A DNA stretch of 64,000 nt from Mytilus trossulus (taxonomy: Eukaryota). Within the stretch, counting starts at the first letter, position 1; each line of letters starts with the position of its first letter. The position numbers and the translations under genes are program-made. Below, in pieces: positions 41,584 through 56,081 of the stretch. The notes under the pieces are model-generated. The model searched no databases. It was given only the letters and a program-made list of their open reading frames with translations, and had not been told where the DNA came from. The stretch spans positions 35,588,001 through 35,652,000 of the forward strand of contig NC_086374.1 of the NCBI RefSeq assembly GCF_036588685.1. The letters are read 5' to 3'.

Positions 41584-43459
41584 ATATTTTACAATTTCTA
41601 ACATTTGCAATTTTTGACTTTTATTTTTAAAACGATAATAGATAAAAATAGACACTTCAAAAAGGAAAAATACCAGCAAGATACGAATTACTTATATGTC
41701 AACATGACTGAATTATGAGTCAACTCTTTATAAACTAATCCCCATATAATGTTGATTTTATTAGAAAGACGTCTATGTTGAGGATGCAGGTGACAGACAC
41801 AGGATATTAAGTTCTATTTCATTCTATGAATGTTAATTAGAAAAGGAAATATATGAATAATTTCCTTTTGAAAATGAAGACCAGACATAATCCAACGTTT
41901 CTTGACTCTTTTCTGAAATTAGTCATGATTTTCATGGACTTGCCCTTCGTTGATTTTACTTTGGAGCTCGATTTTTTTGTTACACTTTTTACTACTGAAC
42001 GAAATTTACTTCTACATAAATTATAAAGTATTATGGATACCAGTTTAAACCTGCAATTAGAAATACCAAAATATTATTGACTCAACATTAGCAGTTCATC
42101 TTAAACTGATCTAATCACACAAACTTATACATTTAAACTAAGTAAATAAATATCAATATACAATGAAATTTGTAGTTGTTTTAAAATTAGCACATTTAAC
42201 ACGATGATGACTGCTGTTCCCATATTTTGACTATCTTATTAATTGTGTCTGTTTAGTTAACGCATCATTGTAAATATAACGGAAATTGATGAGACTGTCA
42301 TCAAAGTGAGAGGGTAAGCGCTATGGAACCAGGTTTAAACCATCATTTTCTACATTTGAAAATGCCTGTTCCAAGTCAGGAATATGTCAGTTCTTGTCCA
42401 TTTGTTTTGATGCGTTTTGTATTTTAATTTTACCATGTCATTATGGACTTTCCGAATTGAGTTTCCTCTAAGTTCAGTATGTTTGTGATATTACTTTTCA
42501 TTTCCATGGACATTGTTGAAAAACGTATACACTCAGTCATGGTTCATCGACTTTAAATATTTGCATAATTTACGTGTTGAAGTCTTGCTGTTTTAAATTC
42601 AACCTGTGCATTTCAAAATTACAAGAAGGCGTGACATATATTTGCAATAACAGTTTATTGTCTGATGTTTTGACTATCTATGCAATTGTCGTCTCCCCCA
42701 ATTTTCCCTTTTCAAACAAACGTTCTTAAGGAACAAAAATGTAATACAAATATAATACATCATTTTTGTTTAGAACTAAGATGTAAAATGTATTTTTTAT
42801 CTATGGAATCAAAACGAAGATATAGCAATATCTTATAATGTGTGAAAGACAAACCTTTTTTTTATATTCAAAAATACGTTTCCAGTCAAGACGAACCAGC
42901 CCTTATGTTGTTCATAAACTAAAAAAAGTCAATGTATATGAAGATTTTTATTTCTTAAACATTGTTACAAGTTTAACCATCTGCCTCGATTGCATAATAC
43001 TTTCCATTGAATATTGAATGTATACATTGAAATAGATTAATCTTGAGAGATATTTTTACATACTATTAAATGAATGACTATCATTTATCAAAATTAATTT
43101 TATGGTTTACAACCATCTGCCTCGTTTGCATTATACTTTCCTTGAATGTAATATATTGAATATTGAATGGCTATTATTTATCAAAATTGATTTTATGGTT
43201 CAATAAATTTCAAAAAAAAAATATCGCCCTTCATTATAGATAAATTTCCATAAAAAATAAGGCTTAAAGAACTCTTTATATTATTCATATTAACAATAAC
43301 AATTTACACACATGTTGGCGTATGAATACACAATGTCAGAGTAGGCATGTTACCATAGACAATTGACAACATTAAAAATAAAAGTAATACTTTTAACCAA
43401 TCAGAAGACAGTAAATACACCACATTTATGTATTATTTAATAAATAGAAATCATTTATA

Positions 43460-43609
43460 CAGTGAAACCTGGCCAATCCGAATCATGTAAAAACCGAAAC
43501 CAAACATGTTCTTAAAAATCGTATCACAAGCTGTATGCATTATGTACCTTATACATCCGACATTAAAAGCTTAAGTCCCGAAGATGTTCGGTTTAAACAG
43601 GTTTCACCG
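43460..43609. mobile_element. Short TA-target MITE
   Basis: ta|cagtgaaacctg ... caggtttcaccg|ta. Confidence 0.7.
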
Positions 43610-44459
43610 TATCTTATATCACAATGATTGCTTTTGATTGAAAACATTCATATTACTCAGGCTACTGAATCAAATTAAATCAAATAATATTCAGTGTGCT
43701 TCTTTCACTACATGAAAGTTTTTTTATAGATGTTTCAACCTAACAACTGGTAGATGTACATTAGGTTTACTGATCGATTTAGTTGATAACTTTATCAAAA
43801 GAGGTACAGCGCGAAGTAGATGAGCAAACACTTGATTCGTTATCTGAGTGGTTCATATAACTGTTCTGTCATGCATTCAGAAATGCATGAAAGTCACAGA
43901 CGAAAAATGGGCACACGGGTTTATATTCCTTTCAGGAATTTTGCGGTTGTGGATACTGTGTTCTCTCTTGACAAGAAAAATTGTGTTGTTCCAGTAAACA
44001 ATATTGTTTAAATATGCGGAATTCATTTCTTTGCATTTCTTTTTTTTTATAAACATGGAATTCAGGGCAAACGATGAAAATCCTTCATTTCATAGTGAAT
44101 ACCTAAAGTTTTAAAAACCACTTTATGATGATGCACATGTATCTAAGTAGCAGTGGCATCAGCTTAAATTTCAAATACGTACGACAATCTTGACAATCTC
44201 ATCATGCTCATTATCTTTGCAGTAATATAAAAGAATTACGACAACATACTTGTTGAGTTTGGTCAATTGATATGTCAGCAGACATGCAGGCGGTTTTCCA
44301 ATATATACATATTATATACGTCTACGGGTAGAATTGTTTTGTATTCATATGGAGCATAATTCACACAGAACCTTAAAGTTTGTCTCGACAAAAAAAAGTA
44401 GCATCTTTTCATTTTTATTTAACAACATTCCATCTGCACCTGTATACGGAGTATATTTA

Positions 44460-45699
44460 CACCTGGAAAAAAATATTGAAACACCAAATTGAAATTAAAA
44501 TTAAAAAAAACTTTTTATTTTTTTTGTTAAAAAATTTGTTGAAATAGAACTAGTTAAACATTTTTTAAATATCACCTGACTTTAATCAATAATTATCGAC
44601 TCTATCAGATCTTATCTGCACATGCAGCTACTGTACTCATAAACACTAAAACAGCTGTTTTTATCCTCATTGCTTTCAACACTTAAAATAACCAAGTTTA
44701 TAAATTTATGTTATTGACACCTTGTAATTGGTCATCCAAAACTCATAACTGCAGCAAGATGGCAGATATCCAGCATAAGGGAAGCAGGTATGTCGCTGTG
44801 ATAATTGCACGTATTGTTAGTCATCACCATTCCACTATAAGTCGTTTTGAGAATAAAAATCAGTCGAAAAACGATGTTATAGACCCCCTATAAAATCTGC
44901 TAGGGAAAATAAGGCATAATGAAGTTTGGTCAGAAGGAAACCCATTGCAAACAATACAATCCTAAATACAGAATGGTGATCATGCAGGAGCCTTTTAACA
45001 AGAACTGTTCGAGATCGGCTCATCGCTACTGGTTATCGTGTGAAAATACCATTTCGGGGACCTTTGCCTACGAACAGACACACTCGTCAAAGTTGGAAAT
45101 TAGCATCGTGGAGGAAGATCCATTGTTCCAATGGAATTCGGTTTATGTTCCTTGGCCCCATCGTAGCCCGAATTTGAACCATATCGAGCATATATGGGAC
45201 ACTTTTGAGGGTAAAGGGCTTGAAAAGACACCCTAGTTCAAACAAGTCATGAAATAAACAATACCCTTCGTCAAGAATGGTATTGCTAGCTTAGCAACAA
45301 ATTAGTCGACTTATGGCAGGAATCAGAAGACGTTAAGATGCGGTTATCCGTTTGAATGGAGGCTGCGCACAAAATACTAATTCTTTGGCGTATAATGATT
45401 AACCATTATATGGACAATCATCAAAAGATTAATTTTGAAATGTCTGACATTGTAAATTTCGTACAGTAAAAGTTGTAAAATGCATTTTTTGGTACAAAAA
45501 AACACTTCATTTTGTTATAAAAATTTTGGTGAGATAAAACTTTATTTTTCAACATTTTTTTGTTTGTTTTAATGCCAATGTTATCATTAACTACTTTTCA
45601 ATATTATTTTACAAATATTTTATCATATTCCATTCAAAATAAGAGACTGATTTTTCAAGTTTTAAAAAATCAAGGTGTTGCAATACTTTTTTCCACGTG
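44460..45699 (+). mobile_element. Internally deleted Tc1/mariner DNA transposon, copy 2, inserted in a Penelope-like RT fragment
   Basis: TA-flanked TIRs cacctggaaaaaaatattgaaacacc / ggtgttgcaatacttttttccacgtg; HTH remnant IARIVSHHHSTISRF; PWPHRSPNLNHIEHIWD. Confidence 0.9.
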
Positions 45700-46434
45700 T
45701 ATATCTCCTATTTGATACGATACTCCAGGGTTTGTATTTCCTATCATGATTTCCTTGATAGGGGTTGTTGGGCACAGGGAAGCTATATAACCAAGTGATG
45801 AAATTGAAATAATTTCTTCGTGAATTTTACGGATGCCATCACGAGTTGGTTGAACCGTTACCGAATATTTGTGTTCCTAATGTCGGAAATACAATCCCAT
45901 CCCATTTTCCGTATGTGGCCTACAGGGTGTGTACTAACATAAGCAACACGATAGGTGACACATGTGGAGTATGATCTGCTTACCCTTCCGTAGCACCAAC
46001 AAATGGAATGTTTAACTACTTTGACTGGCTTTACAGCCCTTGCAACATAAGTGTTGATCTCAGATCACTTTCAACTCTTGTAGGTTCGTTTTGCTTAGTC
46101 TTACATTTTTATGTTGTGTTTTGTGTACTATTGTTTGTCTGTTTGTCGTGTACTTTTTTTAAGCCGTGGCGTTATCAGTTTATTTTCGACTTATGAGTTT
46201 GGGTGTCCCTTTGTTATCTTTCGACACTCTTTTTCAACTTTCAAACTTCAGTTTCAGATGTATAGATGATACGTCGGTACTCAATGACCCATATATCGAT
46301 GAGTTCAATAATCTGGAATTTTCAAGTATTCTTGAGATTAGGGATATTACCAAAACAAGGGGGTATGCTTGCGAGCGTGATCCTAACCTGGATATTGATA
46401 CAGATGGGCAATTTTAAACTAGAATCTATAACAA

Positions 46435-46720
46435 TAGTTATCAAAGGTACCATGATTATAGTTTAATACGCCAGATGCGGGTTTCGTCTACATAAGAATC
46501 ATCAGTGACGCTCAGATCAAAATATTTATAAAGTCAAACAAGTACAAAGTTGAAGAGAACGGTGACCAACAATCCAAAAGGTTGTGCCAAATACGGCTAA
46601 GTAATTAATGTCTTGTATAAGAAATTTTTTATTTTTTTGAAAAAATCAAAGTTTTGTAGCAGGAAATTCATAAAATAAACCATGTGATTGATATTCATGT
46701 CAAAACTGGAATGCTGACTA
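46435..46720 (-). repeat. Retrozyme-like fragment with hammerhead motif (46467-46513), within a decayed PLE RT fragment (46230-46810)
   Basis: Minus strand: gagcgtcactgatgattcttatgtagacgaaacccgcatctggcgta; flanks read FRCIDDTSVLN...LDIDTDG and DDITLKLSTS-like. Confidence 0.65.
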
Positions 46721-49700
46721 TTTCAAAGGTACGTGATGATATCACTTTGAAATTATCAACTTCCAAATCATTACCAGTACCAAATTATCTGTGCCTTCTT
46801 ATGGCATTTTCACGAGTACAAACGCCCTGAATATTATAATTAGCAAGGTTTGTTAACTGTGTGATGTATAAGAAGATGTCTGTTGAATATAATGTATGCC
46901 TACTGCAATAGACTGAAGCCATAGCTGCTCATCAGTGACGTCCCATGCACACATATGAAGTCGAAAATAACTGCTTCTCATATTTATAAAAGTTCTCAAA
47001 AGGTACACTAGACCCCATTGTAATAGTCATGTAACTTCTAGTAATCAATTCATTTACCAAATCCGGAAATCTTTGTAATAGAATTGTCATATAATTTAAA
47101 AACCCTTCAGTCCACTCACCAATGTTAGATAATGATCTTTGAGACGTTTGAAGTTCTAATCTGTATTAGTGGAAGAATTGTTGTAGCAATTGTGGTGGCA
47201 AAAACTGATGTGCGACGCCTTCAAGGCTGTTGACCGGTAGCTGTACATGAGGGGCCCCTCGTACATGATTGTCCGGCTTGCGTGCAGCACGGTATGGCAG
47301 TACCATCTTCTCGTTTCCTCTTGGCATACTGGCTTGCTTTAACAAATAATTACGATGTTAGTAAATGCATTAGTAAAATATACTATCAAGTGTCAATGAT
47401 GCTTCTTTAAGTTAAAAAATTGAATCAATATGAAAAAAATATATTTCAATATGTACATTGACTTATTAGTAATAAGATACAATGTTGATAACACATAGAA
47501 AAAACAAAAGCGCAAACACTTGATTGTTGCTTTCAATGTCAAGTGGCAGATATTTCAATTATATTCACAAAGATAATAAACAAACATGAAAACGAGTGGC
47601 AAGGATAATTTGTTTTGGATCGGTTATTTATTTTGTTGACTAAAAGGACAGATTATTAATTTTCTGCATTGTTGACGCATGATTTTTCATTTTCACTGAA
47701 ACAAGGGACTGATTATGTATTTTCACAATCATATTTATAATATGTGAAAACACACAATTTTAAGTTCATTGCTTTATTCTTGAAATATAATGCATATATA
47801 GTCAAGACATAAAGTCAAGGTGTTAAAGCTGGCTTTAAATCGCCTCTTTGAAAAGTAATGGCCAACATATTTGCCGAGCGGAGGGAGGCGAAAAAATACT
47901 GTCGAGGCTGAAGACCACAAGACAGTATGGAAAAATGATGAAAAATCATGCAATCTGCGCGTTTTCCAGACCCTTTCTTAATCTGAAATAAGTTCTGTTT
48001 TGATTATTTTTCGACAATATTTTGGTCTCATAAGCAAAATATATAGATTTAGTGAAAGACTTAGTTTTTAAGAGTAAACATCTAAAGACCAATATGAAGG
48101 ATTTTTAATAGATAAATAAGACTGGAACCTAGAAACAAATGAGAAACATGGACCTTGAAAACAGGGGCATGCATGTCAGAGGGTGGATATAACTTGCTTC
48201 TTGCAAGGCATTCGGCATGATGAAGGCAAGCTTTTGTTTTTGAAATTTCCTACACGAAGCGTTTCCCTTAAAGTAGTTACAGCCCTGTACATTAATAAGA
48301 GTGATTTTAATGTTCATGAGATAAAATACTGCAAGCTATAAGAAGCCAATTTACATACATTTCAATTACATTGATATTTAAACATTGTATTATTAAAAGA
48401 TTTTCATTACAAAGCACGTCAGGTTATTTATTTTCAATATACCCCAGAGCAAACCATTTATTTTGTTATTATCAAGGCTGAGTTATTTATTTTCAAAATC
48501 ATCGCCAGTCAAGTTTAGACACACACACATCGTACATATTAACCAACTCGTGATGGTGTTCTTAAAAATTTGCGAGTGTCATTTTTAATATTTCCTCCTC
48601 ATAACTCTAAAGAAGCAGCTTCTGTATAAGGGGCACACTCCTGTTTATGCAATACGTGTAGTAATGTACATGAACGAGCACGATGTTGACGTATCAATTG
48701 AGATAGGTAAACAGCATAAAACAGAGCAGAGGGTGGTATGTTACTGCTTCAGAAATAGGAAATAAAAAATTTGGAAGTTGTAGGACATTATCAATATATC
48801 TGAAAGAAAAATCAAAGAATTCGCAAGGTACTATTTCTTTTTTTCTTTAAAATATTCTGAATGAATTTTGCTTCTTACGAGAAAAAAAACCAAATTGTCC
48901 AGAAGGGGTGCATAATAAGTACTCATTGAATACCGATGGTGTGTTGAAATAGAAATCCTCAAAACTCAACTTTAAATTATTAATTAAGTCCAGTATTTTT
49001 ATGACATCATCTTCATTGTATTTTCATATAGAATCTGAGGTTAAAATCAGTGTGATTCTTCACAAAATAGGTATTATTATTAACTCCCAAAACAAGAAAT
49101 TTGTTAAAACGATTCTATTTTTCATATATTTTTTTTTAATGATGTTAAAGTCGATCTTACAATAAACATGTGGAATAATAGTGTTTAGAGTAGAAACGAT
49201 GTCTTAACGTTGCTGCAAAATTGGAGAGATTGTTATCTAAGACTCAATAGTAGACCTTTAGAATTTTTTTGAGAATCCATATAAGATTGACACCACTGGT
49301 TAACCATATATCTCATCGCAATATTTTAGAGGCTTTGCTGTAGAAAAACTAGTAGTTAGCACTTAGAAAAGATGTGAAGACGAAAATCTTGATGATCTAG
49401 CTATATATTATTCTTTATACAGAGTGTTGTGAGGTTGTGGTATCCAGTATCATCGACGGTAGATTTTCTTCATTTTCTTTGATGTTATTACCAATGAAAA
49501 GAAGGACAGATTTGTGATTTTGTAAATTATCATTCTTTCTGAATGATGTTTAAGAATATACAATTACCAGCTGTGCTATTTATTGCAAGGTCTTTTGTGA
49601 TACATTGCAAATAATGGTTTTTGATATGCAAGGACAATATTTTTAGGAAACTTTATCTGCTGGAACAACAAAACACTTGTCATTCAAAGAGAATCAAGCA

Positions 49701-49744
49701 TCCACACCCTGCGAGTTCTTGGATGGGTAAGAAACTAAACTCGT

Positions 49745-49850
49745 TAAAGATACCATGATTGAAAGACACGCGTTTCGTGTATAAAAGACTCATCAGTGAC
49801 GCTCGAATAAAAAAGTTAAAAAAGCCAAATCAAGTTCGAAGTTGAAGAGC
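49745..49850 (-). repeat. Short retrozyme-like fragment with hammerhead core
   Basis: Minus strand: gagcgtcactgatgagtcttttatacacgaaacgcgtgtct. Confidence 0.65.
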
Positions 49851-50513
49851 GTATAAGCCCGTATACTTCAGTCTAAATCACATCCAACCAATTTTTATTG
49901 CTATCCTTAGGCAGGATAACATGATGAAGTATTTGATTTGACGAGAGCCGAGATAAAACTTTTGATCTCCAACTCGAGTCAAACATTCTACCACGATAAC
50001 ACTGACCTCTTTAACACACATTCGAAATCATTTTGATAATTATTTTACATTTAGTTCTTGTGCACTATTCTGAGCATAGTTTTTTCTATAATAAAGCACA
50101 TAACAATTTAAATATACCTTTAATGGATTTAAAAGGGTCTAGTCCAACGATAAAATAATTTGACGCACGTACATGTATAGACAAATCTGCCAACATACTT
50201 CCTGTTCTTAAATTATAAGTCGATTTTAATTTGATATGATATTAATAAACAAAACATTTAAAACATGCAGCTAATACAAAATGCATGATCAATTTTCAAT
50301 GGAAGGAAGCTTATCTATGTTTATTGAATTCTATTATTATACCGAATATTTAAATCAGAAATTTCCAGTACTAAGAAAAACCAAACAATTTCAAAAAATG
50401 ATAGTGACACCCACACACATCAATATTTAAAAAGACAAAAAGGGCTACAAAGTGATATATGCTAACATAATTTGTACATTTTTAACTATATCTATCAATA
50501 ATTTATCATTAAG

Positions 50514-50748
50514 ATGTCTCAGAGCGAAATAAAAAACTCTTTAATTGTTGGAATAGACAATTTCTTTCAATTTCCTTTGCGTGTCCGAATGACAACAGCA
50601 ATAATTCCAGTAGGACTTATTTTCCTCATCGGTGGATTAGCTAGTCCGTCGTGGTCAAGATCAGAATTGTCTCAACTTGGACTGTGGAAATATTGTATAT
50701 TTTCTGACATATTAACTTGCTGTAATAATTTACCAGGCGGGTCACCAG
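50514..50748 (+). CDS. Claudin-PARP fusion gene B, coding exon 1 (TM1 + ECL1 claudin signature)
   Basis: MSQSEIKNSLIVGIDNFFQFPLRVRMTTAIIPVGLIFLIGGLASPSW..S..SQLGLWKYC...TCC; donor CCAG|gtaagg; 235 nt. Confidence 0.9.
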
Positions 50749-52907
50749 GTAAGGTTGATAAAAAGTTTATTTTATTTTATCTGTTTAAACGTGACTGTTG
50801 AAAAGGTATATTTTGCACAAACTTAACGGATTTCTACGCGCATTTCCATTATTTATTTCACTATTCTATATCCAAAAATAAAATATTGAAATTATCGTTT
50901 AGAATCTTCAAAGTTTTGTACAATGCAATTCGCTTATATTTTCAATAATCAGATAAACCATACAATATAAAAAAAGAAGATGTGGTATGTTTGCCAATAA
51001 GACAACTCTACACAAGAGACCCAAAATGACACAAAAAATAACAACTATAGATCACCGTTCCTTCAACAATTTGCAAAACCCATACCGCATAGTCATCTAT
51101 ATAAGGCCCCGAAATGACAATGTAAAACAATTAAAACGAGAAAACTAACGGCCTAATTTATGTACAAAAATTGTACGAAAAACAAATAAGTGACACATAA
51201 ACAAACGACAACAACTGAACTACACACTCGTGACTTGGGACAGGCACATACATACAGAATGTGGCGGTGTAAAACCTTGATCAACGAAAACCATGCACTG
51301 GTGGTATTTATGCTACGTGTGTTCGAATTCCAAAACATAGATAAACTAACATGTTTAACCCCCACATTATTTATGTATGTGCTTGACCCAAGTCAGGAGC
51401 CTGTAATTTAGGGGTTGTCGTTTGTTTATGTGTTACATATTTGTTTTTCGTTCATTTTTTATATGGTGTTACATTTTTTGCAATCACTAAGATGTCTGAT
51501 CAATCAATAGGCTATTCCACACTTTCACTACTCGGTTAGTTAAGAGTATTTTCTTTTTTCTAATCTGCCTCTGTTTCTAACCAATATCATCGAGTTGCCT
51601 GTTGTTGTCGAGCTTGTAATACAAATAAATAAACCTTATGTACACTCGAGTCATATACCCCTGTTGTTAATTTGTAGGTACCTGTCAATTCGCCTCTTAG
51701 CCTTCTCAATTTAAAAGTAGGAATTTCATAATTATCTATGGTTCTTTGTTTGAGTGAGCCTTGAGGTTGGGTAACACTGTTGTTGCTCTACGTTGGACGT
51801 TTACAATTGTCTCCATAGCTCTCTCTCTGTGTGGATTCAATACACTACTGTCATATTCAAGATGAGGACGGGCTAAGGTCTGAAATAGTAGACAGAAGCT
51901 TTTATAGTATGGATATTAAAAAAGTCCTTCTAAAATTTCAAACTAGTTTGTTTGCTTTATTGAATTGTGTCTGTATATGTTTATCCTACACAACTGAACT
52001 GTTTCTAGTGTGATTTCAGATCCATCGTATGTCGACATTTTATACTTGCTTTCTTGCACATAATTGGATTTGGTAGAAATTGGTAGAACTTTGCATTTGT
52101 CCGGATGGAAACATAAAAGCCTTTTTCAACCCATTTGAACTATTTATATCAATTTTCATTATGGAGTTGTCAATGTCGCTATGTAAAGATCTATACAGTG
52201 TCGAGTCATCTGCAAATATTCATTTTATTCTACTTATGAAAGAAAAAACATTGATTAGTTATAAAGACTTCGAGACTGACAAGGTATTGTAAACGTCAAC
52301 GGCCAAAATAAATTGAATTAGTGCAATATTAATTTCTTTTGTTGGAAAGAAATATGCTTATCAACAATAACTCATGTTAAATGCTTAGTACGAATCAAGT
52401 TGCGAATTTAATTTTTTAATAGCAATTTACTCAGTGCTCATAAATACAGTAATCTAATTTTGTACACTGTAAAAATCGCGATTAGAAATTATTCACATGT
52501 ATTTCATGTTTATTTCAAATCGTGTTTAGAATTGTATTTAATATCTAACCAAATGTCTCAGTGAGAACATTACATGTAAAAATGTTTTGAATTTGAACAC
52601 TTTTAAAAGTGTTTTATATTCTCAAAAAGATCCTAAACACAATCTTAAACACAACCTTAATATGTTTAGAAGAAGGGCAAAAGATACCAGAGGGACAGTC
52701 AAACTCATAGTTCGAAAATAAACTGAAAACGCCATGGCGAAAAAAAAAAAAAAAAAAAAATAGAACTGCGACACATTTGGACCAAAACGTGAAGACCTAT
52801 AAGTAAAAAAAAAGTGCACAAAATGTTTGTTTAGAACTATTCTTAGGTTCTAAATACTTTTTTTATTATTTATTAACAGATTTGCCTTTAAAAGCTAATT
52901 TTTGCAG

Positions 52908-53057
52908 GATGGGTAAAAGCAACAATAGTATTTCATATCTTTGGGATGTTTGGAGGAGCTGTTTGTCTCTTATTTACCATATTTACAATGTGTGTCTCGA
53001 AGTTCAAGTTTCACACTAGAGTCCATCATGCCATTTGGATAAGCAGCGCACTTACAG
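52908..53057 (+). CDS. Claudin-PARP fusion gene B, exon 2 (TM2); not in the ORF track
   Basis: tttgcag| ... ACAG|gtttta, 150 nt; GWVKATIVFHIFGMFGGAVCLLFTIFTMCVSKFKFHTRVHHAIWISSALT; homologous to 30100-30245. Confidence 0.87.
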
Positions 53058-54185
53058 GTTTTATTAAAATTTATTTGATCGCACATGTTTGTGGACATTG
53101 ATTGTCATCGTGTAAATCACTATAGATCGAAAACAAATACAAGATGTTTTTCTAGGATAAAACATCTTAAATAATTATATATGTCACGCTCTTATTTTTC
53201 TGAAACTCAATGAATGCTCCATTAACTTTATCATACGAATAAATATATTTATCCTGCAATAGGGTGTTCTACTATACAGATACAGCCCTACAGATATCGC
53301 TATGCTGTATCTGTAAACTATACTGAATGAGATATTGTTTTAAAGCTCCGCCCACTGAACTTGAATGTGTATGATTGTGTAACAAAAACAACTATGTCGA
53401 CGTCAATTTCAGCATGCATGTTTAGCAAATTTCAGTTCTGAAGCGTAGAACAACTCGTACACTCCTGTTTCAAATTGGACAATGTTTTGTTATTTATTTT
53501 TACTGTTGAAATTAGTTGTTATGTTAAAATAGATAATTTTTCACCTTGAGCGATGTATCATTGTTGACCATTCGAGGTTCTCGAATGTGTGATTAATGTA
53601 TCGTACTACTACACGGACCTCAGGGGATTTCAAATCGAAAATAAATGCAAAACATGTGTTTTTGTGTCTTTCAAAACAGAAATAATATACAGAAATTGCA
53701 GGAAAAGACAATACTGTTTAGTGTCTTTATATATCAGCTGTGTTTGAACTCGGCTAGAAACAGGTGTAGTATCTCGCTAAAAGCTCGCATACACCTAATA
53801 TTTCAAGACACTAAAACAGTTATTGTCTATGTACCGGCTTTCTGAAGAGAGTGTATGCGTCAATGCAAATCGTGTATCAAAATTAATCAAATCATATCAG
53901 AAACTTATTTATAGTCGCCAATTAATAACCAAAAACATAATCTCTTTGAACTTTTATAACCAACAAGTGCATACATATACAAAATATACTTACATAATAG
54001 ATATATAAGCATAAAAATCATACAACACATTATTTTAAGCACAGTAAGGCATTGCTTAATTAGGTTAGATAGGGTAAACGCAATAATACACATCGCATGC
54101 ATGCATGCATGAATGAGGATTGGATACGTAAGCTTAAATTTGTTTATAAAACAGAAAATGAATAAACAAAGACGAAGGAATACCG

Positions 54186-54800
54186 GTGCTTTGCTTTTGC
54201 GCCAATTGGCCTTTCATTTGCGCCCAAAACATCTTTCATTTGCGCCACAAACAATATTTCATTTGCGCCAAAATAAAACCTTTCAATTGCACCAATATTA
54301 CAGGTAAATACAGGTAATAGTATAAAACATATATATTTAGAAAAAAAGACTATTGATATAAATTAAAGTTTGTATCATTGATGTATTCATGTCTGAAAAA
54401 TTCCTGCTCTCAAGTGCATACCATATTGATAAAAGATAGTCCGTTTTTTCATGAACTGCAGTCCATTTCAGTTGTTATACTGGCTTTGCAAGGTTTTATA
54501 TATTTGGGGTACAAATAAACGACTTGGTTTCCATTTTTCAGAACGTATGGTCTGTAAACTCACCCCTATTATAAACCTTAGTGACTCTCGGCTTCAGAAA
54601 TGAGTGTGGCATTGAACTCACCAAATTATCCAGAGAAATACTGTAGAGACAAACCTTTTTGAGTAATGCATATTTAACGCTTCCGTTATTGTTTACCTGA
54701 ATTACCTGAAAAATGGCGCAAATGAAGTTTTTATTTTTTGGCGCAAATGAAATATAACCTTCTGGCGCAAATGAAAGATTGTAATTTTCAAAAATACTAC
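54186..54800. mobile_element. Foldback/MITE-like element with inverted subterminal repeat arrays
   Basis: Several ttcatttgcgcc(a) motifs on the left (54210-54270) and tggcgcaaatgaa motifs on the right (54714-54775); boundaries approximate. Confidence 0.6.
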
Positions 54801-55174
54801 TGGACTCCTTTCCAGACGGACTAAATCAGGGCGAAATGAAAACGTGAGTGTATCCTTTTGTGTATGCATTAGCCGCCATCAAATCCAGACAAAAACATGT
54901 CAAGAAAGGGAACAATAAATTTTCATAGCAAACCATCATCCTGGAAATTAGAATCCAAAACTGTTAAAAAGTGTTTTCCTGAGTTGAAGATTGTTGTTTG
55001 TTTGTGTTAAAACTAAAATTGTTATACGTTGCACATCAGTGTCCCTGAATACGTTCATGAAAAAGTTGGAGTCATACAGAAACAAGCAAGCAGCCATTCC
55101 TTTGTTTAAATGATCCGTAAAGAAATTTTTATATATTAATGCTTGGAAATGATACATTCCTAAATATTTTGTAG

Positions 55175-55333
55175 TATTTTGTCTTGCAATTAGTGTGGGG
55201 ATATTCAGTGCAAACTACCACAAAGAATCCTGGTTGAGCGGACATTACACATCTGCTGGTTTTCATATAACTGTCTGCGCATGTGTTGTTTTTTTAGCTA
55301 TATGTGTAGCTATGCTTATTTTTAGTTTCCAGG
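55175..55333 (+). CDS. Claudin-PARP fusion gene B, exon 3 (TM3, ECL2, TM4); not in the ORF track
   Basis: ttttgtag| ... CAGG|gtaagt, 159 nt; VFCLAISVGIFSANYHKESWLSGHYTSAGFHITVCACVVFLAICVAMLIFSFQ. Confidence 0.9.
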
Positions 55334-55533
55334 GTAAGTAGTCATCAGTTAATATACACATGTTAGCATAGTTGTTTTAGTAAATGTATTAACGTATTTC
55401 AATTAAATGAAAACTTTTAACACCGTAGTCAGTACCAACAATTGACTTGCAAAGAGTAAACCTAAACATAAATATGCCAAAATTATTACATCTTCAAATT
55501 TGCGATAGCAAATAAAGCCGCACATTTTTGTTC

Positions 55534-55625
55534 TTCCCTCAGCGGCTTTCGAACCCTTGCGTCTGTGGCATCGTGGCAAAACCACCTGCAACGTGCACAG
55601 AACCATAGACCACTCGACCACCTAG
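55534..55625 (-). mobile_element. Possible tRNA-derived SINE head
   Basis: Minus strand has A-box-like tggtcgagtgg and B-box-like ggttcgaaagcc; no clean cloverleaf. Confidence 0.4.
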
Positions 55626-56081
55626 TCTACATAAAAATAACGCTTTCGGTGTTCAATGTAGTCTATCCTCGATCATGGCTTTATCTAAGGTAGTTACACA
55701 GTAAATGATTATCGTGGCACGACGATTGTGTACTTTTCATGGCAGCTATTTTTGTCTGTCGTAAAGGTCGATAATGCAAATTGCTATGCCAGCCGCAAAA
55801 TCACATTTTAATTTTATTTTACTCGCCTAATATGTGACACCTTTATGACACACATTCTCCATTGGATAACACGTTGTTATACAGGGCTAACACCATATTT
55901 GAAGAATTCATCTCAAATTTATCCCATTAATGTTAGATATTCAACATTTTGCTTTTGCAAAGTTTTGTTCTTCTCTCAGCTGGATTAATCCCGGATGGTA
56001 TCTTTTACAGAATCTATCTATTGTATTCATTGTTAATTTGTTCCAGTGGCAAACATGCATGAAATATTTTTCACTTGTACG

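Noticed and set aside
55534-55625. tRNA gene
   Set aside because: A- and B-box-like motifs are present but there is no convincing cloverleaf; better treated as a SINE-like remnant
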